Below are positions 23,376-37,694 of a stretch of 64,000 bases of DNA, one piece after another. The notes beneath the pieces were generated by a model. That model saw only the letters and a list, made by a program, of their open reading frames with translations. It ran no database searches and was not told the DNA's origin. Positions within the stretch are counted from its first letter, which is position 1. Every line of letters starts with the position of its first letter. This stretch comes from Camelus dromedarius (taxonomy: Eukaryota), in contig NC_087437.1 of assembly GCF_036321535.1 (NCBI RefSeq), forward strand, positions 27,158,001 to 27,222,000, written 5' to 3'. The position numbers were made by a program, and so were the translations under genes.

Positions 23376-24129
23376 GTGGAGAAAAGGGAACTTTCCTACA
23401 CTTGGTAGTACTGCAGTTAGGTGCAGCCATTACGGAAAACAGTATGGAGATTCCTTAAAAAGCTTAAAATAGACTTACCCTATGATACACCACTCCCACT
23501 CCTGAGCATGTATCTGGAGGGCACTCTAATTTGAAAAGTATTCCAGTATTCATAGCAGCACTGTTTACAATAGCCAAGATATGGAAACAACCTAAATGTT
23601 CATTGACAGATGACTGGATAAAGAAGTTGTGGTATACTTATACAGAGGAATACTACTCAGCCATAAAAAGAATGAAATAAGGCCATTTGCAGCAACATGG
23701 ATGGACCTGGAGATCATTCTAAGTGAAGTAAGCCAGAAAGAGAAAGAAAAATACCATGTGATATCACTTATATGTGGAATCTTAAAAAAAAGAGATACAA
23801 ATTGAACTTATTTACAAAACAGAAACAGACTCACAGACATAGAAAACAAACTTACGGTTACCAGGGGAGAAAATGGGGAATGGAGGAATATACCGGGAGT
23901 TTGGGATTTGCAGATACACACTACTATATATAAAATAGATAAACAATAAGGTTCTACTGTATAGCACAGGGAACTATATTCAATATCTTGTAGTAACTTA
24001 TAATTGAAAAGAATCTGAAAAAGAATATACATATAAATGTATATAACTGAAACACTATGCTGTACACCAGAAATTAACACAACATTGTAAACCAACTATA
24101 CTTCAGTTAAAAAAAAAAAACAGCAAACA
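23376..24129 (+). mobile_element. L1 3' end with 17-bp TSD
   Basis: Covers the ORF2 end and 3' UTR with a poly-A tail. TSD CAAAGTATAG(A/C)CCCTCT at 23359-23375 and 24130-24146. Confidence 0.92.
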
Positions 24130-25229
24130 CAAAGTATAGCCCCTCTACTTTGTTTCTTTTAAATTGTTTTTATTATAATGCTACTTAGGTACATAGAAAC
24201 AAATCTAGGAATAAGATTTTTATGATTATTGTTATATACGGCAAAAATAGTTAAAAAATGGAATAGTAAAAAATCTGAATTAACGTTTTATTTTGATTTA
24301 AATTCATGTTTTTAAATGATAATTTCATGTGATGGGAGATGTGCTAAAATGAAATCATCATTTAGTTTAGAAACAACCTCAATATTCATCAACACAGAAA
24401 CGAACTATGTAAAGCCATCCTCCAGCATCCTCTACAATTTGGAAAAGGTCTCCAAGATAAATTACTATATGGAAAAAGCAAGCTGCAACCAAGAAAACCC
24501 CAAATGATCCCACTGATATAGAAAGAACCAAGCAAAACAAAATTACGTTTCTTCATGTGTGCGAAAGGGCATAGAAAGTTCTGGAAGGAGTGAACTGATG
24601 ACAGTGATGGTTTCTGGGGAAAGAGTGAATGGATGTGGGGGAGCTTTGCTTTGTATTTTCCATATTTCTGTAATTTCTCTTTTTTCTTTTCTTTCTCTAT
24701 TTTTTCCTTTTTTTTTTTTGCAATGAGAATTTATTTATGTGTTTCATATGTAATTAAAAAAAAAGTGTTGTCCTTGTCTTTCTAGGACTAATTTAGTGTA
24801 GAATTTATTTAGCTGTAGGGTCAGTGCCAAAATGTGAGAGTGAGACATGAAAGATCAGCCAGCCAGAGGAGGTGGTCCCTGCACTGCTGTGGAAAGGACC
24901 AGGAACTTCAGTCAGGGTTTGGGTCTCAGAAATGATTTACTGAAGCTGGTATTTTAATAAGAGTAATTGAAAAGCAGTGTGTGTGTAGAACTTGGAGACC
25001 ATGGAGAGAAGGAAATAGACAGGCTGGGGGGCCCAGAGCTTTAAAGGAGGCTTCCTGGGACAAGCAGAAATTCAATCCTGGGGCAGAGATGAGGGTGGAG
25101 CTGTGAGCCAAGTAGTTGTGGCCATCAGTCAGCTAACCAAGTCAATAGTGTCATGTTTGGAGGCCAGGGATAAAATCAAACCCAGGCTTGACTTCTTGGG
25201 GAGTTAGTAGCCCAGAGGGGAGCAATATT

Positions 25230-25460
25230 AATGATGGCTCATTCTTAACACAGCGCTTACTCTGCGTCCGAAGCCCTTTTAAGCACCTGACGTCTAATCC
25301 TCATAAGAACCTTACGAGGAATGTACTATTATCCTGTTTCATAGATGAAGAAAGTACGGATTTTGGAGGTTTAATGTCTTGGCTTCGTCGTACAGCTGGT
25401 ACATGGCAGAACCAGGATTTGGATCCAGGTGGTTTTAACTCCAGTATCTGTGCTCTTCAC
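25230..25460 (-). mobile_element. MIR
   Basis: TAATCCTCATAAGAACCTTACGAGG...TTTCATAGATGAAGAAA...GGCAGAACCAGGATTTGGATCCAGG. Confidence 0.7.
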
Positions 25461-28213
25461 TACCAGAAATTCTTTGGAAACTCTAGTACAGTGTGGTAAA
25501 TGCCATAATAGAATTGGGAAAGGAGAGGAGGATGAAATTGGTGCTTCTTGGACAAGCATGAGGGTGATACTAAGAAAAAAGGACATTATTTGGGTCTTGA
25601 AGTAAGAGTGTGACAAGCAAAGATGGGGGTGAAGAATGCAGCCCAGAGGGAGGGACAGTATACGTGAAGGTGTGAGCTCTTAAAACTTACTTCCCCGTGG
25701 ATCTCCTGTCCCGTCTCCTTTATACATGCCCTAATCAGACCCCTGCTTGCCTCCTCTTTCTGAACTGTTGAGGTGGAGTTGCATGTCAGGCTGCTCTCCT
25801 AGGGCTGTTTTTCTTAGATCTCTCCCTTCATGAGACAAACAACATTTAGTCCTTAGTGGGACGTGAAGAAAGGCAGAGGGGAAAGAAGCCCCAATACTTC
25901 CCCGCTTCTTCTTGCATCCCTAGGCCTGATCTGGGATTCCCCAGAGAGCCCCATCCATGTGGGGCCCAACGCGGAATGTGCATCATTGAGAGCCAGCAAA
26001 ACTGACAGAACCTCGAGGCCTCAAATAATACATTCCTCTCCCTCAACATCAATTTCGTCAGATTAAAAATCCAATAACAGGCTATCACTGAGTCTGAGAA
26101 AAGAGATGGTCATAAAAAGGAGAATCTGATTCCATAATGGAAAGCAGGTGATTTTTAAAATTGGTTTCTCCAGCTGTCTGTGCGACTGAAATTCAGAAAA
26201 GGTAGAAAAACATGTGCATGTATCTTTCTTCTCAGTTCTCCTGACTTCTCCCACCTACTGTCCTTCCCCTTCTGTTTTCTTGGAGTTTGGTGCCTGGCCT
26301 CATTATTGCGCCCGTTTGCCTGGCTGGGACTCAGGGAGTCATCCTCACTTCTCCCTCCTACCAGCCCAGCCTAGTCCTCTCCTCAGCATCCCACGACCTG
26401 CCCTCCACACCATCCCTGCTGCCCTGCGTAAGTCATCTGGGCACTCTGCCTCCTGCCACCCTGTCACTGGTCTCCATCTTCCAGCACCTTTTTTGCCACC
26501 TCTAAAGCACAAGTATAAATAACCTGTAAAATCAATGGCTGGATACCATGTAATAACATGTAAATTATTTGTTTACCTTATCGCTGCATTCACCAAGTAT
26601 AAAAGTAAGCGCTTCCTGTGTCCCCTGCCTTGGGTTAAGTCTGCCTAGGCTCTTTTGATCGCATGGAACTTATTTCAGACGAATGCAGGGGGCCGCACAT
26701 GGAAAACAAGGGTATGCAGTGCTAGCAGGCCTTGACATTGGAATTAGAAACTGGAAAGCCTCCAGGAAAAGGCAGCTTGTGCTCTCCACTTCTTCCTCAT
26801 AAAAAGTCTATTTGTTTTTCTTCCTCTTTCTACAAACTGGCTCTCGCTGCTTCCCGAAGCACAGAGTCAAAGGTAGTCAGCCTGCACATTTTGAGTTTAT
26901 GGTCCTCCTAGTCCAGTTCCCTCCGCTGAAGGATCCCACACTGCAAGATCTCAGCTTCGAGCCCAGGTCTCAGGAGAGGATCTGACTGGTTCAGCTTCAT
27001 TCAGCTGACCTTTCCCTGTCCAATCAGCAGCCATGCTCAATGCAGACATGGCCACTAGTTGCTCACCTATGTCTGGAGGAAAGAATTCTGAGAAGGGGAG
27101 TTTGAGGCTGGCCAGATGCTCCAAAAGGTATCTGTTAGGTTGTCTATTGTCTGTAGGGAAGGACATGATCTATAGCTTCTCAGCACTTAGGCCCCATTGG
27201 AGAAATTGAGAGGTGAATTGGGGTTGCTTAAAACAAATGTAAAAATCTTTGATTTTATGGAAAGAACTTGGAGTTGATGATGGAAGTCTTGACTTTAAGG
27301 AGGCACACACAAGTCTTTTGAGTTTTGGACAAAATTTTTTTTTCAAATAAGAATAGAAGTTTCATCAGTTCCTAACAGGAAGGAGTGAGGGCAGTAAAGA
27401 CTTCTTCCTAGGGTAGATTCAATTTTCAGTGGTGAGAGTCGAGATTAAGTGTGTAAAGTGGAAACATTCACTGGAAGGATTTGAATACCAGATAAACAAG
27501 CTTAGACTTACCTCATTAAGGACAGTGAATTGGGGTAGTTAAATAGAAACTGAGTGTGTTCTGGAATCAGACACCTGTGCATTTGAGTCTGTCTCTTCTT
27601 GTAGTTCATGTGATTTGAGCAAGTTCCTTACTACAGAATCTCAGTATCCTCATCTAGAAAATAAAGATAATAGTGCCAGCCTGTAGTGGGCATCTGTTGT
27701 TTTTGTATGCCCAGCATCCATCCCCACTCCTGACAGAACTGCAGAACCACCCTGTGGTTTGTGTAGAATTGACCCTGAACTCCCAGCTTGGGATTGAAGC
27801 AATGATTCTGGCCAGGGCTACCCATTTAGCACCTTCCTCAAGACACTTTACTTCTATCTGTTGGAAATTGTTGTAATTCATATACTACAGATCTATGATA
27901 TCTGGTATGAATGGTACCTCCTACATGTAGTGCTTTATGTGCTACATAACCTGACTAACTGTACAAAGTTGCTCTGATTCTGACCTACTAAAGCAGTCTG
28001 ATCCTGGTCATAGATCAGGAAAAAGAGGGTGACCCAAGCCTGGCCAGTGGGAGGTAACTGAACCACATAATGAGTCTATCTGAGAATAATGCCAGCACAG
28101 CAGAGAAGAGAGCTGAGAGATAAGCATAAATGTATCATGTGAGCTCCTTGATCCAGCTATGCCTGAAGCTATAGAGTTACTACTGGATTTTGTCAGTTCC
28201 ATTATCTAATAAT

Positions 28214-28675
28214 TGTTCAGAGAGACAGTTCTCCATGGGTCCCTCTTGCTCCTAACATATTACTAAGTGTGGTAAGAACCCAAGGCCCTGACCACTCTTT
28301 GCTGGACCATTTTTCAGAGTTATCTTTACAAAGAACAGCTTGAATGATGAAGTGATGTCTGCCTCCAGGACAAATAGCAGGCTTTCTTATTGCTTGCGAG
28401 GAAAGTGATAGATTTCCCAAGCTCAGTGTTCCTCAGCTGTGATGCAAACCTACTGTGTGCAGAGGATCCATCTGAGCCAAATTACGTCACCTCCAAAGGA
28501 CTCAGAGGTCAAGGGGACCAAAGTAAATATGCTGAGGTATGTGCTGTTTGTTGTGCCATGAGTAGTAAAGTCCTTTGTCTCTGACCCAGGGGTTTTGTGT
28601 CTTCTGCTAGTGTCTATGGAATAGTAACAGGCTAACTTATTAGCTTGTAAATAGGGTAAAAATTAAATACCAGAC
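28214..28675 (+). mobile_element. ERV LTR inserted into an older MLT1 fragment (~27990-28213, ~28685-28742)
   Basis: TG start, AGTAAAGTCCTTTGTCTCTGACCCAGG polyA-type motif, AGGCTAACTTATTAGCTTGTAA terminal motif. Confidence 0.6.
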
Positions 28676-28979
28676 CTCCTTACTTTTTTTTTAAGCAAAA
28701 AAGAATTGAGATTTTGTCATTTGCAACAAAAAGTTCTAACAAATTGTCTCCTACATCAATTGAGAAAACTTTTAATTTATACTGGGCTCCCAGGTACGTG
28801 TAGTCCTATGATAGATTGTTTTACTAAACAACTTCATTGAAGTTTAATTGACATACAATAAGCCACACATATTTAAAGTATATAATTTGATAAGTTTTGA
28901 CCTATATATGCAGCAGTGAAACTTCACCACAATTAGGGTAATAAAGCTAAAGATAGACCATTTTTCCTCTTAGCATGCT

Positions 28980-30065
28980 CATTTTTAACATTTTATTATG
29001 AAAATATTAAAACATACACAATGGTAGAGAAAACAGTATAATAAACACTAGGTACTCATCACTCATCATAACAACATTCTGCTATTTTTGTTTCATTGAC
29101 CTCTCTCCTACTTTTATTTCCTGGAATATTTTAAAGAAAATTCCAGATATACTATTTTACACATCAGTAGTTCAGAAAGCATCTTTAATAGATGAGAACT
29201 TCTTTTCTTCACTATAACCACTGTAGTATTATCACAGCCAAAAAAATTAACAGTAATTTTTTCATATTATCCAAAAGACAGTTGCTGGTATTCAGTTTCC
29301 CCAAGTGACTACAAAAATGTCTTTATGTAGGTTGATTTTTGAAATCAAAATTCAAACGAGGTCCAAAGATTGCATTTATGCAGAATAATATGTCCCTTAA
29401 GAATCCTTTATAAAAACTTCTCCTCCCCTTTTTTTCCCCTTATCACTTATTTGTTGAAGAAACTGAATCCTTCACCAATTCTATATGAGGTTAATCGTAT
29501 TCTTTGATGGGGACAGGTGTTCCTCTGTTTCCCTCATTTCCACAAAACTGGGAGTTGTGTTGAGAGCTGCACTGTCCATGTGGCAACACTAGCCATTTGT
29601 GGTGATTAGGCATTTTCAACATGCTTAATCTGAACTGAAATGTGCTATGGGTGTAAGATACACACTTTCAAAAGTTACGAAGACTTACTATGAAAACAGA
29701 AAATGTAGAACAATTTATTAATTTATTAATATTTTTATTCTGATTATGTATTAAAATGATAATATTTTGGATATATTAGCCAAATAAAACATACAAAAAT
29801 TAATTTGACCTCTTTATTGTTGTTTTCAAAAAATGCGGTTACTAGAAAATTTTAAATCACGCATATATAACTTGTATTCTTTCCACGGACAGTGCTGGCC
29901 TGGAGGCTTAATTTGATTCAGATTCTTTTTTTTTTTTTTTTCCTTTTTCTTTTTTGACAAGAGTACTCCCAATGTGGTGATGTGGTGTACTTCTTCTTGC
30001 ACCACATCTGGAGACACATATAATCCAGCTGCCCTTTTTTTTTTTAATGATGTTAAGATTGATCA
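28980..30065 (-). mobile_element. Old L1 (L1MC-like) fragments interrupted by MER33
   Basis: ATTTTATTATGAAAATATTAAAACATACACAA...GAATATTTTAAAGAAAATTCCAGATAT...; resumes after 29897. Confidence 0.55.
29563..29897. mobile_element. MER33/MER3-like hAT element
   Basis: TIR-like GCTGCACTGTCC / GGACAGTGCTG; CACTAGCCATTTGTGG and GGTTACTAGAAAATTTTAAAT motifs; ~335 bp. Confidence 0.7.
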
Positions 30066-30069
30066 ATGG

Positions 30070-30605
30070 TGAGAAAGCGAGAAGCCGGTCCTGATGGGAG
30101 TGGGCCTGGCATTCACTGCTAAAACGTTGGTGTTCTGTTGAGCATCACAAATTTCACAGAACGTCAACAGCATGCAAGATTGCTCTGTGACTGTAATGGA
30201 GCAAGAGAAAAATATAACGATTCCATAATCATGTCTGAGCATATGTGACAAGAACATTGGCCAAACCGCAAAATTCCCTTCCTTATAGGCTAATATGAGT
30301 GACTGTTGCTTCTTGACAAATTACAGCTTTAGCTTCACATTGTTCTCCTGCCTTTTAGATGAAAATTATTAAAATACACTATAATAGAATCACCTTGCTC
30401 CTGACAGCATCCAATTAAGAGAAAAGCCCTGTTTCCTTGAACTATCCCTCAAACCATCACCAAGTCCAAATCTTATCAGTCCTTTCTGACATCCTTTTAT
30501 TGAGACCTCCGTGGCTCCCTTTGGTGTGAGTTCTCCCTTGTTGCAGTGAGACAGTAGACACAACCTTGTTTGAATACAGGTGTGTTTCTGGTAGACTGTG
30601 GCTAG
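30070..30605 (+). mobile_element. ERV1-class LTR
   Basis: GCTAATATGAGTGACTGTTGCTTC...CAACCTTGTTTGAATACAGGTGTGTTTCTGGT pattern; family uncertain. Confidence 0.55.
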
Positions 30606-30805
30606 AGAGCATTGATGGTTTAGGAAGTGATGGTGGGTTTATCAAGTTTGATTGTTAGATTTTTAAGCAAGGGTGCAACTTAATGCAATTAGATGTTTTG
30701 GGAATTACAGTTAGTAGCTATTGGTAACCTTTGTGATACTGGACTTATCAGTCTTAAACAATTATTGAAGCCTTTTTACAAACAGACCTAAGCCTATCTG
30801 GCCAT

Positions 30806-31251
30806 TGCGTTAGTGTACTAGGGCTGCTGTAAAAAAAAGTACCATACACCAGGTCCTTAAATAACAGTCTCACAGTTGTCTCGCAGTTCTGGAAGGTGGA
30901 AGTCCAAGATCAAGGTATTGGCAGGGCTGGTTCCTTCTGAGGGCTGAGACAGATCTGTTCCATGCCTCTCCCCTGGCGTCTGGTGGTTTGATGGCAATCC
31001 TTGTGTTCCTTGGTTTATAGACACATTACCCTCATCTTTGCATTTCATGTGGGTTCTTTCTGTGTCTCTATCTCCAAATATCCCCCTTTTTATAAGGACA
31101 TCAGTCATATTGGATGAGAGCCCTTCCTAATTTCATTTTAACTTAATTACCTTTGTGAAGATTCTGTCTCCAAATAAGGTCACATTCTGAGGAACTGAGG
31201 GTTAGGACTTCAACATACGCATTTTTCAAGGATACAATTCAACTCATGATA
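30806..31251 (-). mobile_element. MLT1C-like MaLR LTR
   Basis: CAGTTCTGGAAGGTGGAAGTCCAAGATCAAGGT...GGTTAGGACTTCAACAT. 5-bp TSD GCCAT/GTCAT. Confidence 0.85.
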
Positions 31252-32411
31252 GTCATTCGTAACTATTAGATCCTCTCGGGTTGGCATCGATAGCCACCAA
31301 TCTTAGAGGTAGGTGACAGTGGGTACTTCTGACAATCTCATTGTAACTAGTTTATATTTGAAGTGAGTGAATTCTTTAACCAAATTCTATACATATATGG
31401 ACATTTATTTAATAAACATTTATTAATAGATAGGCTCAGGAACAGTTCACACAACCTGTTCTACAATCTAGGAAGTCTCAGTTCTCTTCACTTTTGGGGC
31501 TCTAATCATATCTTGTATGAAGGATTTATCTGAGACAGATGCCCCAGCTAGAGGCAGGATTCAGTTAACCTTATAGTGGTATCAGCCAACCAGAATCCTC
31601 TGAAATCAGGGCTGGACATTGGATCATTTCTGATTCTAGCTCTGGGTGTCATCCTTATGGGCAAAGGTGAGGAGTGTCTCTGAAACATTTTATCTTGAAC
31701 AGCACCCATGTCACCAACGGCAGTCCATTCATAGTATCCATTATGCTACTAAACGAGTCACTAATTTCACCAATGAAAGCCTGTTAATGACATTTATCGT
31801 AATTAGCAAAGCCTCTGGTGCTGATTGAAGGTAGCTGAAGCCTTGTGATACTCTTCTCTGGTGTGTGGCATTTTGATTAAATGCCAGCTGTGAATTCTTG
31901 ATTAGAGCAACCAATTGTCCCAAGAGTGTACCTGGAGACTAACAAACACACACAGTCTGAGCTGAAGTGTTTAAAGTAAATTACACACATCATAACCTGG
32001 CCACACCATTTTCAGAGTGTGCTTGGGAGGGTGCAGGATAAATGAATACATGCTGGAGTGTAAAGACCATGGAACCCGGTCAAGTGTGCCCTGGATCAGC
32101 AGTCTTTGTGACCTTGAGCAAATCATTTACATTTGCTGGGTTGCAGTTTCTTTATCTAGAAATGAATGAGAAGCCTGAATGAAGTGATCCTTTAACTTCC
32201 CTTTGGCGCTTAAATTCTACAGTTCAATTCCAAGAGCTAATAATTCAACAGATATAAAATAATATAATACAAACTGAATACACAGCTGCTCAGAGGAAAT
32301 GGCATAAAGGTGAGATTGGATTAGTCAAGGAAGACTTTTGGGGAAAGTAAGGCAAAACTAGTTCCTAGTGAATTATTTCATTTGACAACGTATGTGAGCT
32401 TGCTTACTTGC

Positions 32412-32510
32412 TTTCTCTTTCTCTTTCTCTTTCTCTTTCTCTTTCCCTTTCCCTTTCTCTTTCCCTTTCCCTTTCTCTTTCTCTTTATCTTTCTTTCTTT
32501 CCTTTCTTTT
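32412..32510. repeat. Pyrimidine hexamer repeat (TTTCTC/TTTCCC)n
   Basis: Directly visible homopyrimidine tract of ~100 bp. Confidence 0.9.
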
Positions 32511-33714
32511 AAACCTATAATAAACCCATTGACCTGTGTAGGTCAAAATGATTCTTGGCACTCTTAAGACTCATACTTAGGTTTATTAGATACCATTTAA
32601 GGTGACTTTTAGCTTTTAGAGTTTGTGGTTGGTGAGGAGGCAGAGTGTTGGTTTTGCTTGCTTGAAGTTGACAGGCGCTTCCACTGCGAATCTGTGTGCT
32701 GGCTTCAACTCAAAAAAGTCACGTGTCCTGCTAAGCTCTGCGCCTTCATTAGTGATATCTGGAGTAAAATGGCTATTTACATGACTAAAGTCTGAACAAA
32801 GACACACATTCCTTTCTGGTCAGTAAGAAAAGGGAAGAGCATTCTGATTTCATATACCTTGATTAAAGCATTCAAGTCCTAAACATGGCCACAGGCATGC
32901 AATTCAGATGAACCCCACAGGCGAATCAGCTGTACTTCCTTCAGCCGGCTGTGCTTCACAGTACTTCCCAGACTTCCTGCGCAGGGATGCTCGAGGAGGA
33001 TGGAGCTGCTTCCCTTTTTCTGGGATGGACAGAAAGGAGGATGGGACAAACTGCAGTGTCCACAAGGGCCAGGCAGGTAAAGTCAGCAAATGAAGCTGGC
33101 TGATATGAATCAGTGGGATATGAAGGGGCAGTCCTGGCCCCATCAAAGAGTAAGGCTACCAGCCAGCCCTTGTGGGCAGTGCCAGCGGCAACTGTACATC
33201 CAAGGTTGCCAGATGTTCCGGCATCTCCAGGGTTGCCAGATACTGAAATATTTTGTCCTTCCCTAAAGCTGGAAATCCAGATTTTTATGTAACAGTTCTT
33301 GATTGTTGAATATTTATAGTGAATTCAACCTTTTTAAAGCTTCATAGGCTGAACAAAACATCTATCTGTTCAATGTGAACATTTAAGCCATTTGTTTTTC
33401 GTGGGGAACAAAAGGGCTTTAGATGCACCTGGGAACAAAGTTCAGCAAAAACACTTGGCTACATAATGTTGGGTAGATATTTAAGATATCTGAGCCTTAT
33501 TTTTCTTGGTGTAGATGAGGGTATTTCCCCCTATTTAGTAGGGTTACTGTGAATATTGCATGAGAAAGGGTATTTGACAAGGCATGCGAATACACCTAGG
33601 ATTTAGTTCAATAAGTGAGGTACTTGTGTTTGTTCTTTTCAGACACCTGTTAAGCCAATGGATATAGATTGGGTGCTCATTGGTCAAATCCAGCCCACAA
33701 ATCCTTTTTAAAAA

Positions 33715-33880
33715 AATGAATATATAATTAACATATAACATTATATTCATTTCAGGTATATAACCTAATGATTTGGTATTTGCATATATTGTGAAATGAT
33801 CACCACAATAACCCTCGTTAACACCTATCGCCCCATGTAGTTTCACATTTATTTTCTTATGAGGAGAACTTTTTAAGACA
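33715..33880 (-). mobile_element. L1MA-like 3' fragment
   Basis: TATAATTAACATATAACATTATATTCATTTCAGGT...GTGAAATGATCACCACAATAA. Confidence 0.7.
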
Positions 33881-34527
33881 CAAATCCTGTACAAAATTTT
33901 TTTTTGTGATTTCTGTTTTCTCCTGGATTTCATTATGCCTGCCACCATTCTGCTTACCCTCAAGACTGAGCATAAACAGGGTAGTTTACCCAGAGGAATG
34001 TCCATCTTCTCTTCTTTGCTCACCATGATCTGGCTGTTTCTCAGGTTGTCAGTTCATTGTTACTCTAGCCAGTAATGTACCATTTGAATGAAGTAATAAT
34101 AATAGACTGAAATAATAAAAATAATAGACATGAAACTGCATACAGCTCCTATGATAAACCTAAAATACAAACATTGCCATCGGGCCGTTATTTTAATCCT
34201 GTTGTCAGTGTATCGAAGACTTTGCTCCCTGTCTCTGTGGCTGCAGTGGGTGTGCTAACACTTCTAACTTTCTTAATTTTTTTGTTTGTTTGTTTTGTTA
34301 CGTCAAAGTCACAGAGTATCTTCTGTTTAAAGAGCAGAATCCCCTGGCAACTTTTATCTCTGCATTACAAAATAATTACATTGAGGGCACGTAAACTTTG
34401 CTGTTAAATGTGAGACTAGACAGTTTATAGTAACCCATCCTTTTCAAGGTTTTACAAGCATGTTTCAATATTCCAATCTTATTTGAACTTCAAAGCAACT
34501 CTGTTTCTATCCCCATTTCACATTGCC

Positions 34528-34701
34528 CGGGGTTACAAAGCTCACAAATCCCTTTTTAGGGCAGCCTCCAGTTGTCCAGAGTGGCAGTCTCCTCCCTTGA
34601 GATGAGGTGTGACTTCTTCAGTTGGTCACTGTCCCCACCAATCTGCTAGTTTCAGTTTTGCTACATGCCTGATCCCTTAGCCATCTGGGTTTGTGACCCC
34701 A
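34528..34701. mobile_element. hAT MITE relic
   Basis: Terminal inverted repeats GGGGTTACAAA / TTTGTGACCCC. Confidence 0.45.
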
Positions 34702-34989
34702 GCATATAGAATATACATCTGACCCTGAATGGCTTATAGTGACCCTGGCAACCGTGTTTCCAATCCCTACTGCATCAAACTCTGTTCAGTGATAAGAAGC
34801 TTGATAATGCTGACTGTGGAGAATCAACAGAGACATCATTACCTATATAGAGACTGACCAGTGCAATCAAAATAATAGTAAATTCAAACTAGTGGTTTTA
34901 TATGGCTTTAGTTAGCCATGGCACCATAGCATAAATGCTCATTTCCCCAGAACAGCATGATATAAAATCTAGCAAATAGTGTTTCCTCT

Positions 34990-35129
34990 AGCAAATAATA
35001 ATTAGCAGATACATGCTACTATATATAGAATAGATAAACAACCAGTATATATATAGCACATATTCAATATCTTGTAGTAGCCTATAAAAAGAATATGAAA
35101 AAGAATAGGTATGTGTGTGTGTGTATATA

Positions 35130-35160
<31 letters not shown>

Positions 35161-35255
35161 ACACACACACATATATATATAACTGAATCATTATGCTGTA
35201 CACCAGAAACTAATACAACATTGTAAATGAACTATACTTCAATTTAAAAAAAAAA
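34990..35255 (+). mobile_element. L1 3' end with (TG)/(TA) microsatellite
   Basis: ATTAGCAGATACATGCTACTATATATAGAATAGATAAACAA...CTATACTTCAATTTAAAAAAA. Confidence 0.85.
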
Positions 35256-36347
35256 GAGTTTTATCTCAGGGGTTTGGGAAATATCATGGCTTCCCCGAGA
35301 AACGGTTGTGGAAAGACTTCCCCCTGTGGCTTGATAGTAGGCAGTATGGAAGTGAACGCAGCAGCCATGAAAATATGCACAAGTCCCAGATCCTGGGCCT
35401 CAGTGAAATATAATGGGTGTCTGGTGGATCTTAACATTTTCAAGCCTGGAAAATTGTGATTCGGGGAGTTGTAAGCAGTTTATGCTTCCTAGGGTGGAGT
35501 TTGCAATTTGCCTTTGGGGCTATATCAATTAGAGTCATTTGGTGTAAGCAACAGAAACAGACTTCGGCTGATTTTAGCAAAAGGGGTTTTATTGGGAGGC
35601 TATGGGGTAGCTTAGAGAACAGGAATGAAAGTGGGTGAACTGTGGTCTTTGATAGAATAGGAAACAGGTGGCAAGAGCTTCCACGCAATCTCTTTGGAAC
35701 TGCTCGTAGGGTGAGTGATCATTCATCTTTAGCCTCAGAGTCACTCAGCTCAAAGTTTGGATTGAAGGTAAGAATATTTGATTTTCTACTGGGTCTCCCA
35801 CGCGTACATGGAAGGAAGTGCTCTTTGATTGGCACTCTCACCATGACTGCCTGCCACGGAGCTGCATAGTCAATTTCTGATGCTAATTCCAGAAGATGAG
35901 GGCACAATCCCAAGAAGGCATCTTCCCTTTGTTCCAGGAGGGACTACTTCCCCAGACCTATTGGTTAAACAACGAAGGCAAATATCTACTCTTTTAGGGT
36001 ATGGGATTCAACTAGACATGAGTCAGAGTCCTAGGGAAGAACATCAGACTGTCTTAAGATTGGGTCAGGTGTCCTCACTTGCTACAAGGTTACTGTTGTA
36101 AGCAGCTTGTTACCTTAAGAGGTAAACTGAGTGATTAAAAAGCTTTGAGCAAGGTTTTGTATATTCAAATTAACTGAGAGGATGTTCAATACTGGCAGGA
36201 ACCCTAATTCACTCCAGGGGAGAAAAAAATGAATTCTGACTGTTGAGACTGAGAAGGGGTGGGGCATGCAGAGTTCAGCCTCCTTTTCTCTCTGGAAGCC
36301 AGTTGGCAGACAGGAAGCTGAGGTGAATCGGGCAGTGCACTCTAGTG

Positions 36348-37694
36348 TGGAGGTTCTTAAAGAAGTGTCCTTAGAACACAGGGCGTCCTTGGGACTCTCT
36401 CTGGGGGAGGGGTCAGCCAGATCAGAAGTGTTCTCATAACAATGTAAGATGTTGTTTGCCTTTTCCACTGTGTTGACATTTGCACTGATGGTGCAAACAC
36501 AAAGGGGGGTGATACTGCTTGTGCCTTAGCATCAGTCAGGACACCAAACTGTCCTAGTAGTCACTGTGTTTTTTCTTGCCACACCCAGGAGAAGGGGGGG
36601 AAAACCCAAAGGGTTTCATTTAAAAATAACTTTGGTGAACATTGTTAATATTCTTACACCAATGGTTGAGTGTACTTCTGCTGCATCCTGGAACGCAGTG
36701 GTTGTCTAGAGGAAAAGCATTTGTGTTCTTGTCTGAGATGGGAGCTGAATGATATTCAGAACATCATTTTACTTGCTATTCATTACTGATAAGCAAACTA
36801 GGATTATTCAGACTTGGGCATTTGGGAAACATTTTTCTCTTATGAAGTGACTGTCGCTTCAAGGTAACTGAGAGTATTTGTTGCTAATGATGAAACTGTG
36901 TTTACAAGCAAAAATTAGAATTTTAGAAAACTTGTATCTGCCGCTGGAGGCTTGACAGGATTTTAGTACTTAAAAGATTTTTCTGATAGTACTGGTGGTG
37001 ATATTAATGAATATGATTTTTGGATACTGTCAATGAAATGAGGCAGCATTTGGAAGATAAGCTTGATTCAGTGAAACAAAACTTAAAAATATTTATTGCA
37101 AATGTTCCAAAGATTCCTTCAAACTGCAAGATAGGTCAGAGAATTTTAATGTAACAGTTTGTAAAGTTCATTGATTTAGTTTTATATTCCACATTGCAGT
37201 TAACCTTTAAGAAACAACTACTTGTTGAGTTTTGGTGTAGTATCAAAGCAGAATATCCACAAATATCTTAAAATATTAAAATACTCTTTTCCAACTAGGA
37301 ATCTTTCTTTGTGAGGTTAGATTTTCTTGATACACTTCAACCAAAACATATTATAAAACAAAGTCAATGCAGAAGTCGCTGTGAGAATCTAGCTGTCTTC
37401 TGTTAAGCCAGACATCAAGGTTGTAAAAATATGTAACAATTATACTTATTTTAAAAAAGTTCTTTTTGGAAATACAATTATTTTTATAAGTGTGTTATTT
37501 ATGTTAAATTTAATGGATTTATTATTGTTATTTAAAAGTGAATTAGTACATAAATATTTAAAATTTCATCAGTTTTAACTTCTAGTGTGGTAAATAGCCA
37601 TAGATTTGATCCAGATAAACAAAAGCTTTTTAAATTCCTCAGTAATTTTTAAGAATTTAAAGGGGTCCTGAGGCCAAAAAGCTTGAGACAACTG
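36348..37694. mobile_element. Charlie1-like hAT DNA transposon (degraded, ~1.35 kb)
   Basis: TGTTGACATTTGCACTGATGGTGCAAA, TAACCTTTAAGAAACAACTACTTGTTGAGTTTTGGTGTAGTATCAAAG and terminal GGGGTCCTGAGGCCAAAAAGCTTGAGACAACTG. No intact transposase ORF. Confidence 0.8.

Noticed and set aside
32373..32567. Lys/Glu-rich and Phe/Leu-rich ORFs
   Set aside because: Translation of the hexamer microsatellite.
36348..37694. Possible domesticated transposase gene
   Set aside because: No long ORF; degraded Charlie1-like relic.
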